Assembly (NCBI GenBank): GCA_965218695.1
Contig: OZ244651.1
Location: 1,536,001-1,600,000 of the forward strand
DNA: 64,000 nt
Origin: Nitrosopumilus sp.
GTDB taxonomy: Archaea > Thermoproteota > Nitrososphaeria > Nitrososphaerales > Nitrosopumilaceae
Direction of reading: 5' to 3'
Below, in pieces: positions 50,150 through 60,406 of this stretch. Numbering within the stretch: position 1 is the stretch's first letter; the number at the start of each line of letters is the position of its first letter. The notes under the pieces were generated by a model. The model was not told the origin of the DNA. It saw only the letters and a program-made list of their open reading frames with translations, and did not search any database. The position numbers were made by a program, and so were the translations under genes.

Positions 50150-51694
50150 GTATGAATTCACCTGTCCTTCCTGTCACAAAAAAATGATCATACTGATCCA
50201 TATGCTGGCAATACACATTACTTTACATGGTAAATTCACGGCACATGAGCAGGGACCAGCTAAAAGAGGAACTCCTAGCACGGAACCGGGAGATTGCCAC
50301 CCTCAAATCCGATCTTGAGAAGGCACTTGGCAGGATAGAACGTCTTGAAAGGGCCTTGGGGTACAGCGAACGCCTCATGACATACTATACAAACCCCAAC
50401 ACGCCGCCCTCATCTGAATCCCTGGAATGGAAGGCCCAGAAGAGGGAGCGGGCAAAAAAACAGGAAAAGGAGGGCAAATCCAAGCGCGGGGGAAGAAAGG
50501 GACACGCGGGGGCGTCGCGCCCCCACGACCCGGAAAGGACCGTATCCCACAGGTTCGGGCGCAGGAAGTCGGGCAGGAGGCGGGTGCCGGTGCTCCCGGA
50601 ATGCGGGTGCGGCGGCGGCGGCGGCCGGATGGCGATTGGCAGTCCGCGCGTGCGGGACATCACGGACATCAGGGTGACTGCGTGCGAGACGCGGCACCGC
50701 GTGGAGACTGCAGTATGCGGCTCATGCGGCCGCAGGGAAGATGCTCCAAACGACCTGCCGCGGCGGGGCAACTTCGGCAAGGGCATGGTCGGACTCGTCT
50801 CAGAACTGCGCGCGGCACGGGTGCCGCTCAAGGGAATCTCGGTCGCGGTGCGCTCCATAACGGGCATTATGCTTGCAGGATCCACCGTCAACAACATCAT
50901 GGCACGCGTCGGGGACGCCTCGGGCCACGAGGCAGGCAGGATCCTCGGGGAAGTGGAGGCTTCTGACTGTGCCGGGTTTGACGAAACCAGCTGGCGAAAC
51001 GACGGCCAGAAGGTACACACAAACGTGGCACAGTCGGGCAAAAACATCGCAATAAACATCAGCCAGAGCAGGGCCACGCTCATGCTCGATGCCATGGACA
51101 AATTTGACGGGGTGGCGATAACTGACGGGTACACCGGATATGACAGGTTTGACAAGGACGGCATGCACCAGTCGTGCTGGGCGCACGACCTCCGGCAGAC
51201 AAGGCACCTGGCAGAAAAATACTGCGCCGTGCCTCCCGAGACCAAACGTGTCCGGCGGCGGCAGCAGCAGCTCCACGAGGACCACAAGTGGGTGTTTGAG
51301 AGGGCAAAACTGCTGGCCGCGCAGGAGGCGCGCTCGCCACAGCTGCGGCATACGATGAACCGCACCATGCAGGACGTGCTTGACCGGTACCGCGATGCCG
51401 GTGGTGGTGGTGACGATGACGACATGCAAAAGGTGCTGGACAAGCTCGAGAGGCACCTGCACCGCATGTTTGCGTTCCTGGAGCATCCCGGCGTCGAGCC
51501 TACAAACAACGCCAGCGAGAGGGCGCTGCGCTACCTGGTGGTGTTCCGCAAGATAAGCGGGCAGACCAAGGGCGGCTCCAAGGCCATGAAGCGCCTTGCA
51601 GATTTTGTCACGTGCGTCCTCACGTGGAGGGCACATGGCAAGAGCGTGGCCGAAGAAGTTGGTCGACTGATATAAGGGGCAGGTGAATTCATAC
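50150..51694 (+). mobile_element. IS66-family element, variant B
   Basis: TIR GTATGAATTCACCTG; 8-bp TSD GGTGAAAC. Confidence 0.94.
50227..51675 (+). CDS. IS66-family transposase
   Basis: Same motifs as 19203-20639. Confidence 0.93.
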   Translation: MVNSRHMSRDQLKEELLARNREIATLKSDLEKALGRIERLERALGYSERLMTYYTNPNTPPSSESLEWKAQKRERAKKQEKEGKSKRGGRKGHAGASRPHDPERTVSHRFGRRKSGRRRVPVLPECGCGGGGGRMAIGSPRVRDITDIRVTACETRHRVETAVCGSCGRREDAPNDLPRRGNFGKGMVGLVSELRAARVPLKGISVAVRSITGIMLAGSTVNNIMARVGDASGHEAGRILGEVEASDCAGFDETSWRNDGQKVHTNVAQSGKNIAINISQSRATLMLDAMDKFDGVAITDGYTGYDRFDKDGMHQSCWAHDLRQTRHLAEKYCAVPPETKRVRRRQQQLHEDHKWVFERAKLLAAQEARSPQLRHTMNRTMQDVLDRYRDAGGGGDDDDMQKVLDKLERHLHRMFAFLEHPGVEPTNNASERALRYLVVFRKISGQTKGGSKAMKRLADFVTCVLTWRAHGKSVAEEVGRLI

Positions 51695-51807
51695 GGTGAA
51701 ACCACTCGAAGAGTTAACAGAGTGCGGATTATCTGCCATCCACACGGCAGGCTGTGCGCCGGCTGGAACAAATCAATCTTTTTAATCGGCAATGCCTGAT
51801 GTCATGC

Positions 51808-52209
51808 ATGTCGCATCTCTTTACCGTCAGCGAGGCCAACGCGGCGCTGCCTGATGTCATAAAAAAGTTCGAGTACGCCCTGTCATGTAAGAAAGGGGTG
51901 GCAAAATACGAGCAGCAACTGCAAGTCTGCCTCTCAACTACAAACTCCCTTGAGGAGTATGTTGTACTCAAGCAGAAACTGAACTCGGCAGTAACACGGT
52001 TTTACGAGTCCGTTGAGATTCTGGAAAAGACCGGCGTTGTAGTCAAGAGCATAGATCAGGGCCTTCTTGACTTTCCCTCAAGCAGGTTCGACCAGGAGGT
52101 CTGGCTGTGCTGGAAGTATGGCGAGACTGAGATACGGTTCTGGCATGAAAAGGACTCCAGCTTTATGGGAAGAAAGCCCCTTGAGGTAAGCGACGAGTCC
52201 CTGGTGTGA
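51808..52209 (+). CDS. DUF2203 family protein
   Basis: FTVSEANAALP, GVVVK..DQGLLDFP, VWLCWKYGE.EI.FWH, GRKPL. Confidence 0.85.
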   Translation: MSHLFTVSEANAALPDVIKKFEYALSCKKGVAKYEQQLQVCLSTTNSLEEYVVLKQKLNSAVTRFYESVEILEKTGVVVKSIDQGLLDFPSSRFDQEVWLCWKYGETEIRFWHEKDSSFMGRKPLEVSDESLV

Positions 52210-52288
52210 ATGCCGGTTGCAATCTGCATGCATCGTGGAATGCCGGCCCTTATGCACTGCAGACTCGGACGGCCCCCCCGCCCTGCAA

Positions 52289-52513
52289 TCACTGGTGCCG
52301 GTTTCTTCTCCTGCCGACCCTCTTTTTGTCCCTGCATATTCCACAGAGATAGTCCCTTTTGAACGCCTGAATCTCTGCGGCAAATGCGTCACTGCCGTAA
52401 AATCTCTCTGAGACTGTCACGCCCCCGGGAACGCCCTTTTTGCAGCTGCTGCAGCGTATCTCCAGATCGAGTCTCACCACCGGCTCGCCGTCTGACACCC
52501 TTCCAAGAATCAT
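52289..52513 (-). CDS. Small putative zinc-binding protein
   Basis: CSSC...YLCGICRD. Confidence 0.6.
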   Translation of the reverse strand: MILGRVSDGEPVVRLDLEIRCSSCKKGVPGGVTVSERFYGSDAFAAEIQAFKRDYLCGICRDKKRVGRRRNRHQ

Positions 52514-52602
52514 ACACCGGTTTGGGCCTGTCAGGCTATAAACACAGACATGCCGGATCCAAAACTCATGAATATTATGTCCAAGAATGGATGTTGATTC
52601 AA

Positions 52603-53487
52603 ATGCTGTCTGTCTGGTTCCGTGTGATCCGTGTTCGCTTCCTTCTGGCCTCTGTGATCGCAGTATCTGCCGGATTGGCGCTTAGCTGGTGGCAGAACCT
52701 GGCAATAAGCCCGTTTGATGCTGCCCTGACATTTGCAGGCGTCATGGCCCTTCATGCGAGTGTGGACCTGTTTAACGACTACTGGGACTTTAAGCGTGGA
52801 ATCGACACGATTACGAAGCGGACCTCCATGAGCGGCGGCACCGGGGTACTGCCTGAGGGCCTGCTTGAGGCATCTTCTGTGTACCGTGCAGGCATCATAT
52901 TCCTTGTAATAGGCACTGCCATAGGGGGATACTTTGTCCTCACCGACGGCGTGGTGATTGCCGTGATTCTTGGATTTGCAGTCCTGTCCATCTACTTTTA
53001 CTCCACAAAGATCGTCGATTCCGGTCTGGGCGAGTTTTTTGTTGCCCTCAAGGGCTCCCTGATTGCCATCGGAGCCTTTTATATCCAGTCCGGACAGATT
53101 ACAGTCGAATCAGTCCTGGTGGGGGCCGCCGTAGGCTCCCTGTCATCGCTGGTGCTCTTTGTTGCCTCCTTTGCTGATCACGACGCTGACAAGGCCAAGG
53201 GAAGAAAGACCCTGGTGATAGCTGCCGGCCGGAACAAGGCACCTGTCCTCTTTTGGATATTTCCGGCAGTCTCGTACTGTGCCATAATCTCCGGCGTGTC
53301 TGTCGGCCTGCTTCCTGCCTCATCCCTTGTCAGCCTTCTGGGACTGCCGCTGATGGTAAAGTCAGGAATCGGTCTGGGAAGGAGACACGACACCGTAGAG
53401 GATCTGATGCCGTCAATGTCCTCCACGCTGCTATCCAGCCGGATCACGGGCACACTGCTTGTTGCAGGACTCCTGATTGGACTCTAG
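52603..53487 (+). CDS. menA: UbiA-family prenyltransferase (MenA-like)
   Basis: NDYWDFKRGID, GLGE, DHDADKAKGRKTL; multiple TM segments. Confidence 0.8.
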   Translation: MLSVWFRVIRVRFLLASVIAVSAGLALSWWQNLAISPFDAALTFAGVMALHASVDLFNDYWDFKRGIDTITKRTSMSGGTGVLPEGLLEASSVYRAGIIFLVIGTAIGGYFVLTDGVVIAVILGFAVLSIYFYSTKIVDSGLGEFFVALKGSLIAIGAFYIQSGQITVESVLVGAAVGSLSSLVLFVASFADHDADKAKGRKTLVIAAGRNKAPVLFWIFPAVSYCAIISGVSVGLLPASSLVSLLGLPLMVKSGIGLGRRHDTVEDLMPSMSSTLLSSRITGTLLVAGLLIGL

Positions 53488-53517
53488 ACATAAATTTGAG
53501 CGGCTGTGATCTGTTGC

Positions 53518-54630
53518 ATGATCCCCGGTTCTGCAACACCTGAAGGAACAAGAAAGTTTGCCATTGACTCTGGCGTGAACCAGGCCAACTTCAAGGTGTT
53601 TGAAGACCTTACCCTGTCAAACGTCGGCATCGGTACATACCTTGGTGATGCAGATTCCAGGACAGACGATCTGGTCTCTGCTGCAGTCAGGCAGTCTGTA
53701 GTCTCAGGCGTCAACGTGATAGACACTGCAATCAACTACAGATCCCAAAAGGCCGAGCGTTCTGTCAGAAAGGCAGTATCCGAGCTTGTCCAGGACGGGG
53801 TGATCTCGCGCGACCAGATATTCATCTCCACCAAGAACGGATATGTCACAAATGACGCTGACGTGCAGATGGGCTTCTGGGAGTACGTCCGGAGGGAGTA
53901 TGTTCAAAGTGGTGTCGTCGGTGAGGGCGACATCACGTCAGGATACCACTGCATGACTCCTGCGTACATGTCTGATCAGCTGGACAGAAGCCTGAAGAAT
54001 CTTGGGCTGGAGTGTGTTGATCTGATGTATGTTCACAACGCCGTAGAGGGCCAGATAAAGGACGTATCCCGGGATCAGTTCCTAAGGAATCTGGAATCCG
54101 TATTTGAGCTGTACGAGCAGAAGCGGGATGAGGGAAAGCTGGCCTTTTACGGAATGGCCACATGGGAGTGCTTCCGGGTTCCACGGAACGACCCGCAGCA
54201 TCTCCAGCTTGGGGATGTCCTGGAGATGGCGGCAAGGGCAGGCGGAAAGAATCACGGATTCCGCTTCATCCAGATGCCATTTAACATGTATTATGACCAG
54301 GCGCTTCTTGCAAAGACCCAGCAGGCCGGGGGCGCAGACGTATCTACGCTGGAGGCTGCAAGGATTCTGGGAATGGGGGTCTTTACCAGCGTGCCATTCA
54401 TGCAGGGACGGCTGCTTCAGCCCGGGGTGATGCCCGGGGTGATGCCCAAGTTTGACAGACTCAAGCCCTCGCTGCGCGCACTGCAGTTAATACGTTCGAC
54501 TCCAGGCGTTCTAGCCCCACTGGCAGGCCAAAAGCTCCCGGAACACGTATCTGAAAACCTTGAAGTCATGAAGATCCCGCCGTTTACAGAAGACGAGTTT
54601 CTTGGCATCATCAAAAAGCTTACCTCATAG
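53518..54630 (+). CDS. Aldo/keto reductase
   Basis: GIGT, IDTAINY, FISTKNG, SLKNLG...DLMYVHN. Confidence 0.9.
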   Translation: MIPGSATPEGTRKFAIDSGVNQANFKVFEDLTLSNVGIGTYLGDADSRTDDLVSAAVRQSVVSGVNVIDTAINYRSQKAERSVRKAVSELVQDGVISRDQIFISTKNGYVTNDADVQMGFWEYVRREYVQSGVVGEGDITSGYHCMTPAYMSDQLDRSLKNLGLECVDLMYVHNAVEGQIKDVSRDQFLRNLESVFELYEQKRDEGKLAFYGMATWECFRVPRNDPQHLQLGDVLEMAARAGGKNHGFRFIQMPFNMYYDQALLAKTQQAGGADVSTLEAARILGMGVFTSVPFMQGRLLQPGVMPGVMPKFDRLKPSLRALQLIRSTPGVLAPLAGQKLPEHVSENLEVMKIPPFTEDEFLGIIKKLTS

Positions 54631-54675
54631 GCGTTGTGCCGTGTAAAGATAATAAGTGGCATATTTTTTACTAGT

Positions 54676-55047
54676 ATGAGATTGGCCGGAAAAATTTATG
54701 ACTATGCTAAAATCTGCGACTCCGTAATGTCCGTTGATCCAAAGATCCGGTTTGCCGGCGTGATTAATGAGCGGGGCAGGCTTGTAGCAGGGGGAATGAA
54801 GGAGAACATCAAGTCGCTCGAGGATGAGCGGGATGACGAGATGATCTTCATGGAGCTTGCACTGCGTGTAAAGATGAGAAAAGAGTTTGACGAGCAGCTC
54901 GGCACTGTAAAATTTGCCATGGCCCTGCGTGAGAGGATACTTGCAATCAGCGTCCTGATTAACGACGACATCCTGTATGCAGTCTTTGAGCCTGATGCCG
55001 ATTACGGACTACTCCCAAACAAGATTCTGGATATCGTCAATTCCTGA
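54676..55047 (+). CDS. Thaumarchaeal roadblock/DUF6659-like hypothetical protein
   Basis: IRFAGVINERGRLVAGG, MRKEFDEQLG. Confidence 0.7.
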   Translation: MRLAGKIYDYAKICDSVMSVDPKIRFAGVINERGRLVAGGMKENIKSLEDERDDEMIFMELALRVKMRKEFDEQLGTVKFAMALRERILAISVLINDDILYAVFEPDADYGLLPNKILDIVNS

Positions 55048-55133
55048 CCAGGCGTGCCAGCCCGTCTGGCTTTTGCAGGCGACTGTTTTAAGAGAAATTC
55101 AGTTGGATACTGCTGCCGGTTCCCTCGAAATTA

Positions 55134-55751
55134 GACTCTCCTGCATCATCGGCTGGTGGTGCAAATTCAGGATCTTCTTCAGATTTACTTGCCTGTTTTG
55201 CGCGTCATTATATCGCTCCCATTAAACCATGATCTTCTAGGGGGTGTCTGCCTCGTTGTGATGGACAATCCCAGTCATTGCCATGACATGCATTGACGGT
55301 ACCGTCCATCGCGCCGGGGTCAGTCTAGACTGCTGCTGCTGCATTGCTGATGAGGGTGATCTGTCTGTCTGCCTGTCTGCCTGTTCCGGATACGATGATC
55401 CCCGCGGCCTCTGCAGGCGTCATTTTGCCAATGTTCCCGTGGGGGCGGAAAAAGCTGTGGTGGACGATCACCAGCCGCACCAGCGCGGGGCTTTCTGCCC
55501 CGAACCCACAGACTGTCTGTGACCGGCACCCACGAGGCGGTTCCGGCAAGGAATCTACCGTTTCTGTAATCAAAAACGAGAAACGCCTGACAGACTACAA
55601 CTACATGCCAAAGCCGATACATGAAAGACTTGGCAATCCTAGCAAACTAGAGTTTGTCATTTTCCTGCGATGACATATGGTGCGCAGGCCAGACTAGTGA
55701 ATCCGGAGAGGATCCTGAATTTGCACCACCAACCGATGATGCAGGAGCACC
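55134..55751 (-). mobile_element. Internally deleted derivative of the IS6-like element at 20699-22393
   Basis: Both long TIRs retained; only C-terminal remnants of the transposase (ESPALVRL..TPAEAAG) and of the small gene (TVSVIKNEKRLT) remain. Confidence 0.85.
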
Positions 55752-55795
55752 GCAGGCAAGAAAATCTTTTAAGATAAAGCCACAGCCAGTAATGT

Positions 55796-56551
55796 ATGTC
55801 CATATTGTCGATCTCAGGAATCAAGAAGAGTTTTGATGGCAACAAGGTACTTGATGGAATCGACCTAGAACTTGATGCCGGAAAGATATACCAATTAATC
55901 GGGCCCAACGGCTGTGGCAAGACTACACTAATCAACATAATAACAGGGCTTCTTAAACCGGATGAAGGCAAGATCACCTTTGAGGGCCGGGATATTACAC
56001 ACAAGGGACTATTTGATACATACAATGCCGGTCTGATTCGGACATGGCAGACGCCCCAACCATTCAGGGATCTCACTACCTTGGAGAACTTTCTGGTGGC
56101 AGGTCCATGCAACGCAGGCGAGTCGTTCGTATATGCTCCGGCAAGGCCAAAGTGGAGAAATGATGAAGAGAGGCTATTAAAGATGACAGAAGAGGTAAGT
56201 TCCAAGATCAAACTCTTTGACAAGAGCATGACGCTGAGTGGCAATCTCAGCGGCGGACAGCAAAAGCTTTTGGAGCTTGGGAAGACAATGATGTCAGGTG
56301 CCAAGTTGGTCATGCTTGATGAGCCCATTGCAGGCGTCAATCCCAAGCTGGCAGTAGACATATTTGAGAGGATCGTAGAAACATGCAGAAGCGAGGGAAT
56401 CACATTCCTGTTTATAGAACACAGACTAGACATTGCCCTTAGTTATACAGACAAGGTATTTGCATTGAATCAGGGCAAGGTTATTGCACAAGGGACATCA
56501 GAGGAGGTCATGAACCATCCGGAGGTCATCGAATCCTATCTGGGGGTATGA
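55796..56551 (+). CDS. livG: Branched-chain amino acid ABC transporter ATPase (LivG-like)
   Basis: GPNGCGKT, RTWQ, LSGGQQKLLE, LDEP, IEH, VIESYLG. Confidence 0.85.
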   Translation: MSILSISGIKKSFDGNKVLDGIDLELDAGKIYQLIGPNGCGKTTLINIITGLLKPDEGKITFEGRDITHKGLFDTYNAGLIRTWQTPQPFRDLTTLENFLVAGPCNAGESFVYAPARPKWRNDEERLLKMTEEVSSKIKLFDKSMTLSGNLSGGQQKLLELGKTMMSGAKLVMLDEPIAGVNPKLAVDIFERIVETCRSEGITFLFIEHRLDIALSYTDKVFALNQGKVIAQGTSEEVMNHPEVIESYLGV

Positions 56552-57342
56552 GACAGGGCATGAGTAATGAGATGATGCATCCACCGATGAGCCCATCATC
56601 AGAGACCGACAGTAAACAGAACACAAACAAGGTCATTGTGCGTATAAAGGACCTGCACGCAGGATACGTCAACACCCACATCATATTCGGAGTGGATTTT
56701 GAGGCCGTTCACAACAAGATAACAGTGATAGTCGGACCCAACGGATGCGGCAAGAGTACCCTGCTAAAGAGCATATTTGGCATTACAGACGTTTATTCCG
56801 GCGAGATCGCATACAAAGACAAGATCATTACAGGTCTTGCACCGCATGTCATTGCAAGAAAGAGGGTAGCATATCTGCCACAGGTGGACAACGTCTTTGC
56901 AAATCTGTCCATCAGGGAGAATCTGGTAATGGCAAGCTACACGCTTGATTCCAAGACATTCCATGAGAGGCTTCCGAGGATCTTTAAGATGTTTCCAGTG
57001 CTTGAATCCCGCAACGACAAAGCAAAGAAACTCAGCGGAGGACAGCGTCAGATGCTTGCAATGGCCATGGCCCTGATAAGGGAACCGGAGACTCTTCTCT
57101 TTGACGAACCCACAGCTAGTCTCTCACCAAAGCTTGCAGCAGAGGTACTTGATAAGATAGTCCAGATACGTGACGAGTTTGGCCTCACAGTCATTCTTGT
57201 AGAACAAAACGTCAAGCAGGCATTAAAGATTGGCGATACGGTATACCTGATGGCAAACGGCAAGAATGTATACAACGGGAGTGCAAGCGAGCTGCTTGAA
57301 AACGAGGATCTTGGCAGCCTGTATCTGGGTGTCAAGAACTGA
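56548..57342 (+). CDS. livF: Branched-chain amino acid ABC transporter ATPase (LivF-like)
   Basis: GPNGCGKST, LSGGQRQMLA, FDEP, LVEQN, YLG. Confidence 0.85.
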   Translation: MRQGMSNEMMHPPMSPSSETDSKQNTNKVIVRIKDLHAGYVNTHIIFGVDFEAVHNKITVIVGPNGCGKSTLLKSIFGITDVYSGEIAYKDKIITGLAPHVIARKRVAYLPQVDNVFANLSIRENLVMASYTLDSKTFHERLPRIFKMFPVLESRNDKAKKLSGGQRQMLAMAMALIREPETLLFDEPTASLSPKLAAEVLDKIVQIRDEFGLTVILVEQNVKQALKIGDTVYLMANGKNVYNGSASELLENEDLGSLYLGVKN

Positions 57343-57675
57343 CAGTGCCGAATTTCCACGGGCACGAGTCATAACCAGTTTCACAGACCTGCCTGAAACC
57401 ATATGAAACATGTCATCCTAGTCGACCACCAGGCATGTCCAGAACAGTCATCATATCAGTCATGACCGGCAGAATATCAACAACTTTTGTTCAATGCGTT
57501 GGGATTGACATGGAGTTGGGGTGGACGCTGAAATCTGCCAGACCAGAATCCGTACTGCAACGCCTCGATAAGTAATCGTGCAATGACACGACATACTGGT
57601 CTTGAGGAGCAGCCATTCTGTCCGCTACTACGTAAGGACTAAATCGTTAAATCGCAATCACGCCATCACACCCAC

Positions 57676-58305
57676 ATGGAAAAGAGTGTTCAGATTCTGC
57701 AGGGCATCGTATCGAGGAAGGGCTCAAGCAAGATGCTTACGTTTGGAATTCCCCATGTCTTCAAGGCACTTCAGATACTCTCAGGGAGTGACTTTGTCAG
57801 CAGGTCCGCTCTTGGAAGGGAGACCCATCTTGGCGACGGGGCAGTAAGGACGCTGATAGTGCACCTAAGGGAGGCAGGCATGATAGGTACGGTCAGGGCA
57901 GGAAACCATCTGACTGAGAAGGGACTGAAGATATCAGGACGCATTCAGAGGATCATCTCCGGGGAATGCAGAATCAGCCGGTGCAGTCTGGCCCCTGGCA
58001 GGAGTAACCATGCAATAATCCTCAAGGGATACTCGGGTGCACTAAGATCAGGAATCGAGCAGAGGGACTACGCAATAATGTATGGCTCTACAGGGTGCGT
58101 TACCATCACATACAGGGGCGGCATGTTCGTGTTTCCAGGAGACGGCAGAGACTGTCTCAGGGGAGACCCGGAGACGAGGCATGTACTCTGCAGGAGTCTG
58201 AATCCCGAGGAAGGCGACGTAATCATCATCTCGTCGTCGGATGACGAGTTTACAGCAGAGATCTCTGCAAAGAACTCCGCCCTGCAGACATTAGCTGCAG
58301 GCTAG
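57676..58305 (+). CDS. Winged-HTH DUF4443-like protein
   Basis: SRSALGRETHLGDGAVRTLI HTH; SGIEQRDYAI..G..G. Confidence 0.7.
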   Translation: MEKSVQILQGIVSRKGSSKMLTFGIPHVFKALQILSGSDFVSRSALGRETHLGDGAVRTLIVHLREAGMIGTVRAGNHLTEKGLKISGRIQRIISGECRISRCSLAPGRSNHAIILKGYSGALRSGIEQRDYAIMYGSTGCVTITYRGGMFVFPGDGRDCLRGDPETRHVLCRSLNPEEGDVIIISSSDDEFTAEISAKNSALQTLAAG

Positions 58306-58579
58306 GGTGCGCCCGGATATGGTGGCAGATGTTTGCACGGCCCACGCAATCACAAAAGATCCAACCACGTTCATCGCAGACGGAGACGCAAACGCGGGTA
58401 AAACACACCCTTTCGTGGCCTTGGGGCCCGGGCCAGACGGCGCGTGTGATGCGATGGTGAGGGGATCCCCCGGCGGCACGGCACGGCTAGTCGATGCCTG
58501 CCCGATGCGAAAGGATGCGTGCCTGCGCACCGATTGCACATAAGGTCTTTAATGTGCAGACATGCAGGAAAACCCACAA

Positions 58580-59860
58580 ATGACAAAGATCAATATAAAA
58601 AAACTGGATTCAGTCAAAATCTACAAGATTAGAAAGATTCTTGACGAGTTGTCGCAAAAATCGGGCAGGGGAACCGAACTCATCACAGTCTACATCCCCA
58701 AAAGCAAGCAGCTTCACGAGATCATAAACTCGCTGCAGCAGGAACAGGGTACAGCAGACAACATAAAGTCGGATCTGACAAGAACGCACGTGGTGGGATC
58801 CCTGGGAAAGGTAGTCCAGAAGCTCAAGATGTATAAAAAGACCCCCGAGAAGGGACTGGTGATATTCTGTGGCGCGCTGCCGCCGGAGGGGGGCTGCCCC
58901 CTTGGGGGCGAGGTTCTCCAGGTATGGGTAATTGACCCTCCCAAGGATCTAAACCAGTATCTGTACAGGTGTGATGATCATTTTCATGTGGATATTCTAA
59001 AGGACATGCTAAAAGATGACAACCTCATCGGGTTTCTGGCAATTGACGCAAAGGATGCAGGATGGGGGCTTCTTCACGGTGACAAAATCGAGGTGCTTGA
59101 CCAGACAGGTTCAGGCGTTGCAGGAAAGCACAGGCAGGGCGGCCAGTCTGCAAAGAGGTTTCAAAAGCTCAGGGAGATGGAGCTGACGTACTACTTTAAC
59201 AGGGTGGCTGCAACCACAAAGGAGTACTTTATCGACATCTATCCGGTCAAGGGCCTGATCGTGTCAGGTCCCGGACCCACCAAGGAGGACTTCATCAACG
59301 GCAACTATCTGGAGTACAGGCTGCAGGACATGATACTGTCTACAATCGACTCGTCATACTCGGGATCAGAGGGCGTGAGGGAGGCGTTTGTAAAGTCTGC
59401 AGACATCCTCTCTGACTTTAGAATGGTCGAGGAGGGCAAGCTGGTAGCGGATCTGTTCAAGGAGATAAACTCGCACTCGGGGCTTGGCTCATACGGGCTG
59501 GGGGATGTAATCGGATACCTGAAGAACAACGTAGTCAGCACGCTGATCATCACTGACAATACCGGCCTGCACAGGGTCGAGGGCAAGTGCAGAAGATGCC
59601 AACACGCTCAGGAGGAGATCATCGAACGATCCCAGGTGATTCCAAAAAAGACAGAGTACACAGGCAGTCCGTGTCCGGGCTGCGCTGCAATGGAGGTTGT
59701 GGCAACAGAACAGGACATTGTGGACTATTTGGAGCTTCTGGCATCCCAGACCGGCGCCAAGCTGGAGATAATATCCGGGGTTGCCGAACACGGAAACATG
59801 CTTGCAAGCCTGGGAAATATAGGCGCGATCCTAAGATACAACCCGGGCCACTCTAGCTGA
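58580..59860 (+). CDS. prf1: Peptide chain release factor aRF1
   Basis: GRGTELI, NIKS, YRCD, GKHRQGGQSAKRF, GAILRY. Confidence 0.96.
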   Translation: MTKINIKKLDSVKIYKIRKILDELSQKSGRGTELITVYIPKSKQLHEIINSLQQEQGTADNIKSDLTRTHVVGSLGKVVQKLKMYKKTPEKGLVIFCGALPPEGGCPLGGEVLQVWVIDPPKDLNQYLYRCDDHFHVDILKDMLKDDNLIGFLAIDAKDAGWGLLHGDKIEVLDQTGSGVAGKHRQGGQSAKRFQKLREMELTYYFNRVAATTKEYFIDIYPVKGLIVSGPGPTKEDFINGNYLEYRLQDMILSTIDSSYSGSEGVREAFVKSADILSDFRMVEEGKLVADLFKEINSHSGLGSYGLGDVIGYLKNNVVSTLIITDNTGLHRVEGKCRRCQHAQEEIIERSQVIPKKTEYTGSPCPGCAAMEVVATEQDIVDYLELLASQTGAKLEIISGVAEHGNMLASLGNIGAILRYNPGHSS

Positions 59861-60272
59861 GGATGCTGCGGATCCTTTGCGCAAGGTCTGCCAGCTCTGC
59901 ATCATCAGGAATGCTGCGTTTTGTCCAGACCGAGCCCCTGCTGTTGTATCGGGGAATTATGTGTATGTGGACATGCGGGACTATCTGCTTTGCTGCCCGG
60001 CCGTTGTTCTGGCCCACGCTAAAGGCGTCTGCGCCGGCAGCCTCTAGGACTGCGCCGGCGATCCTTGGAACCAGTGAAAATATCCTGCCCACTGCCTCGG
60101 AGGTCATGTCAGTGATCCTTTCGTGGTGGCTACGCGGTATTATCAGGCTGTGGCCCACATCAATCGGATACTTGTCCAGCAGCGCGACGTGGTCCTCGTC
60201 AGAGTACAGCACGTGTCCGTCCAATCTTCCTGCAAGGATATCGCAGAATATGCAGTCCATCGTCATGTTCAA
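59853..60272 (-). CDS. HIT family nucleotide hydrolase
   Basis: CIFC, GHSLIIP, HVHIHIIPR. Confidence 0.93.
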   Translation of the reverse strand: MNMTMDCIFCDILAGRLDGHVLYSDEDHVALLDKYPIDVGHSLIIPRSHHERITDMTSEAVGRIFSLVPRIAGAVLEAAGADAFSVGQNNGRAAKQIVPHVHIHIIPRYNSRGSVWTKRSIPDDAELADLAQRIRSILS

Positions 60273-60406
60273 AGGGCAATTTTATTTATTGTTTTAAGAT
60301 GGATTTGATGTTGTCGCCAGGATGCCCGTGAAGAATTCCATGAGGAGGCATCTCCCGGCCATACTCCGAATGGTTAATTAGTGCAAATTTTTGAATTAGA
60401 CTAGTC

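Larger units (their letters stand above)
50096..51724. repeat. Remainder of an older related transposon end (19-bp motifs plus a 33-bp terminal block split by IS66)
   Basis: TCCGGTGAAAC|CACTCGAAGAGTTAACAGAGTG matches the 33-bp TIR at 28/33 positions, 10 bp after the last motif. Confidence 0.75.

Noticed and set aside
58305-58540. GC-rich intergenic stretch with GGTGCGC/GCGCACC ends as SRP or RNase P RNA
   Set aside because: Could not find the conserved SRP or RNase P signature motifs; an Infernal/Rfam scan would be needed
59580-59690. CxxC...CxxC insert in aRF1 as a novelty
   Set aside because: Zinc-binding insertions in this domain are known among archaeal release factors
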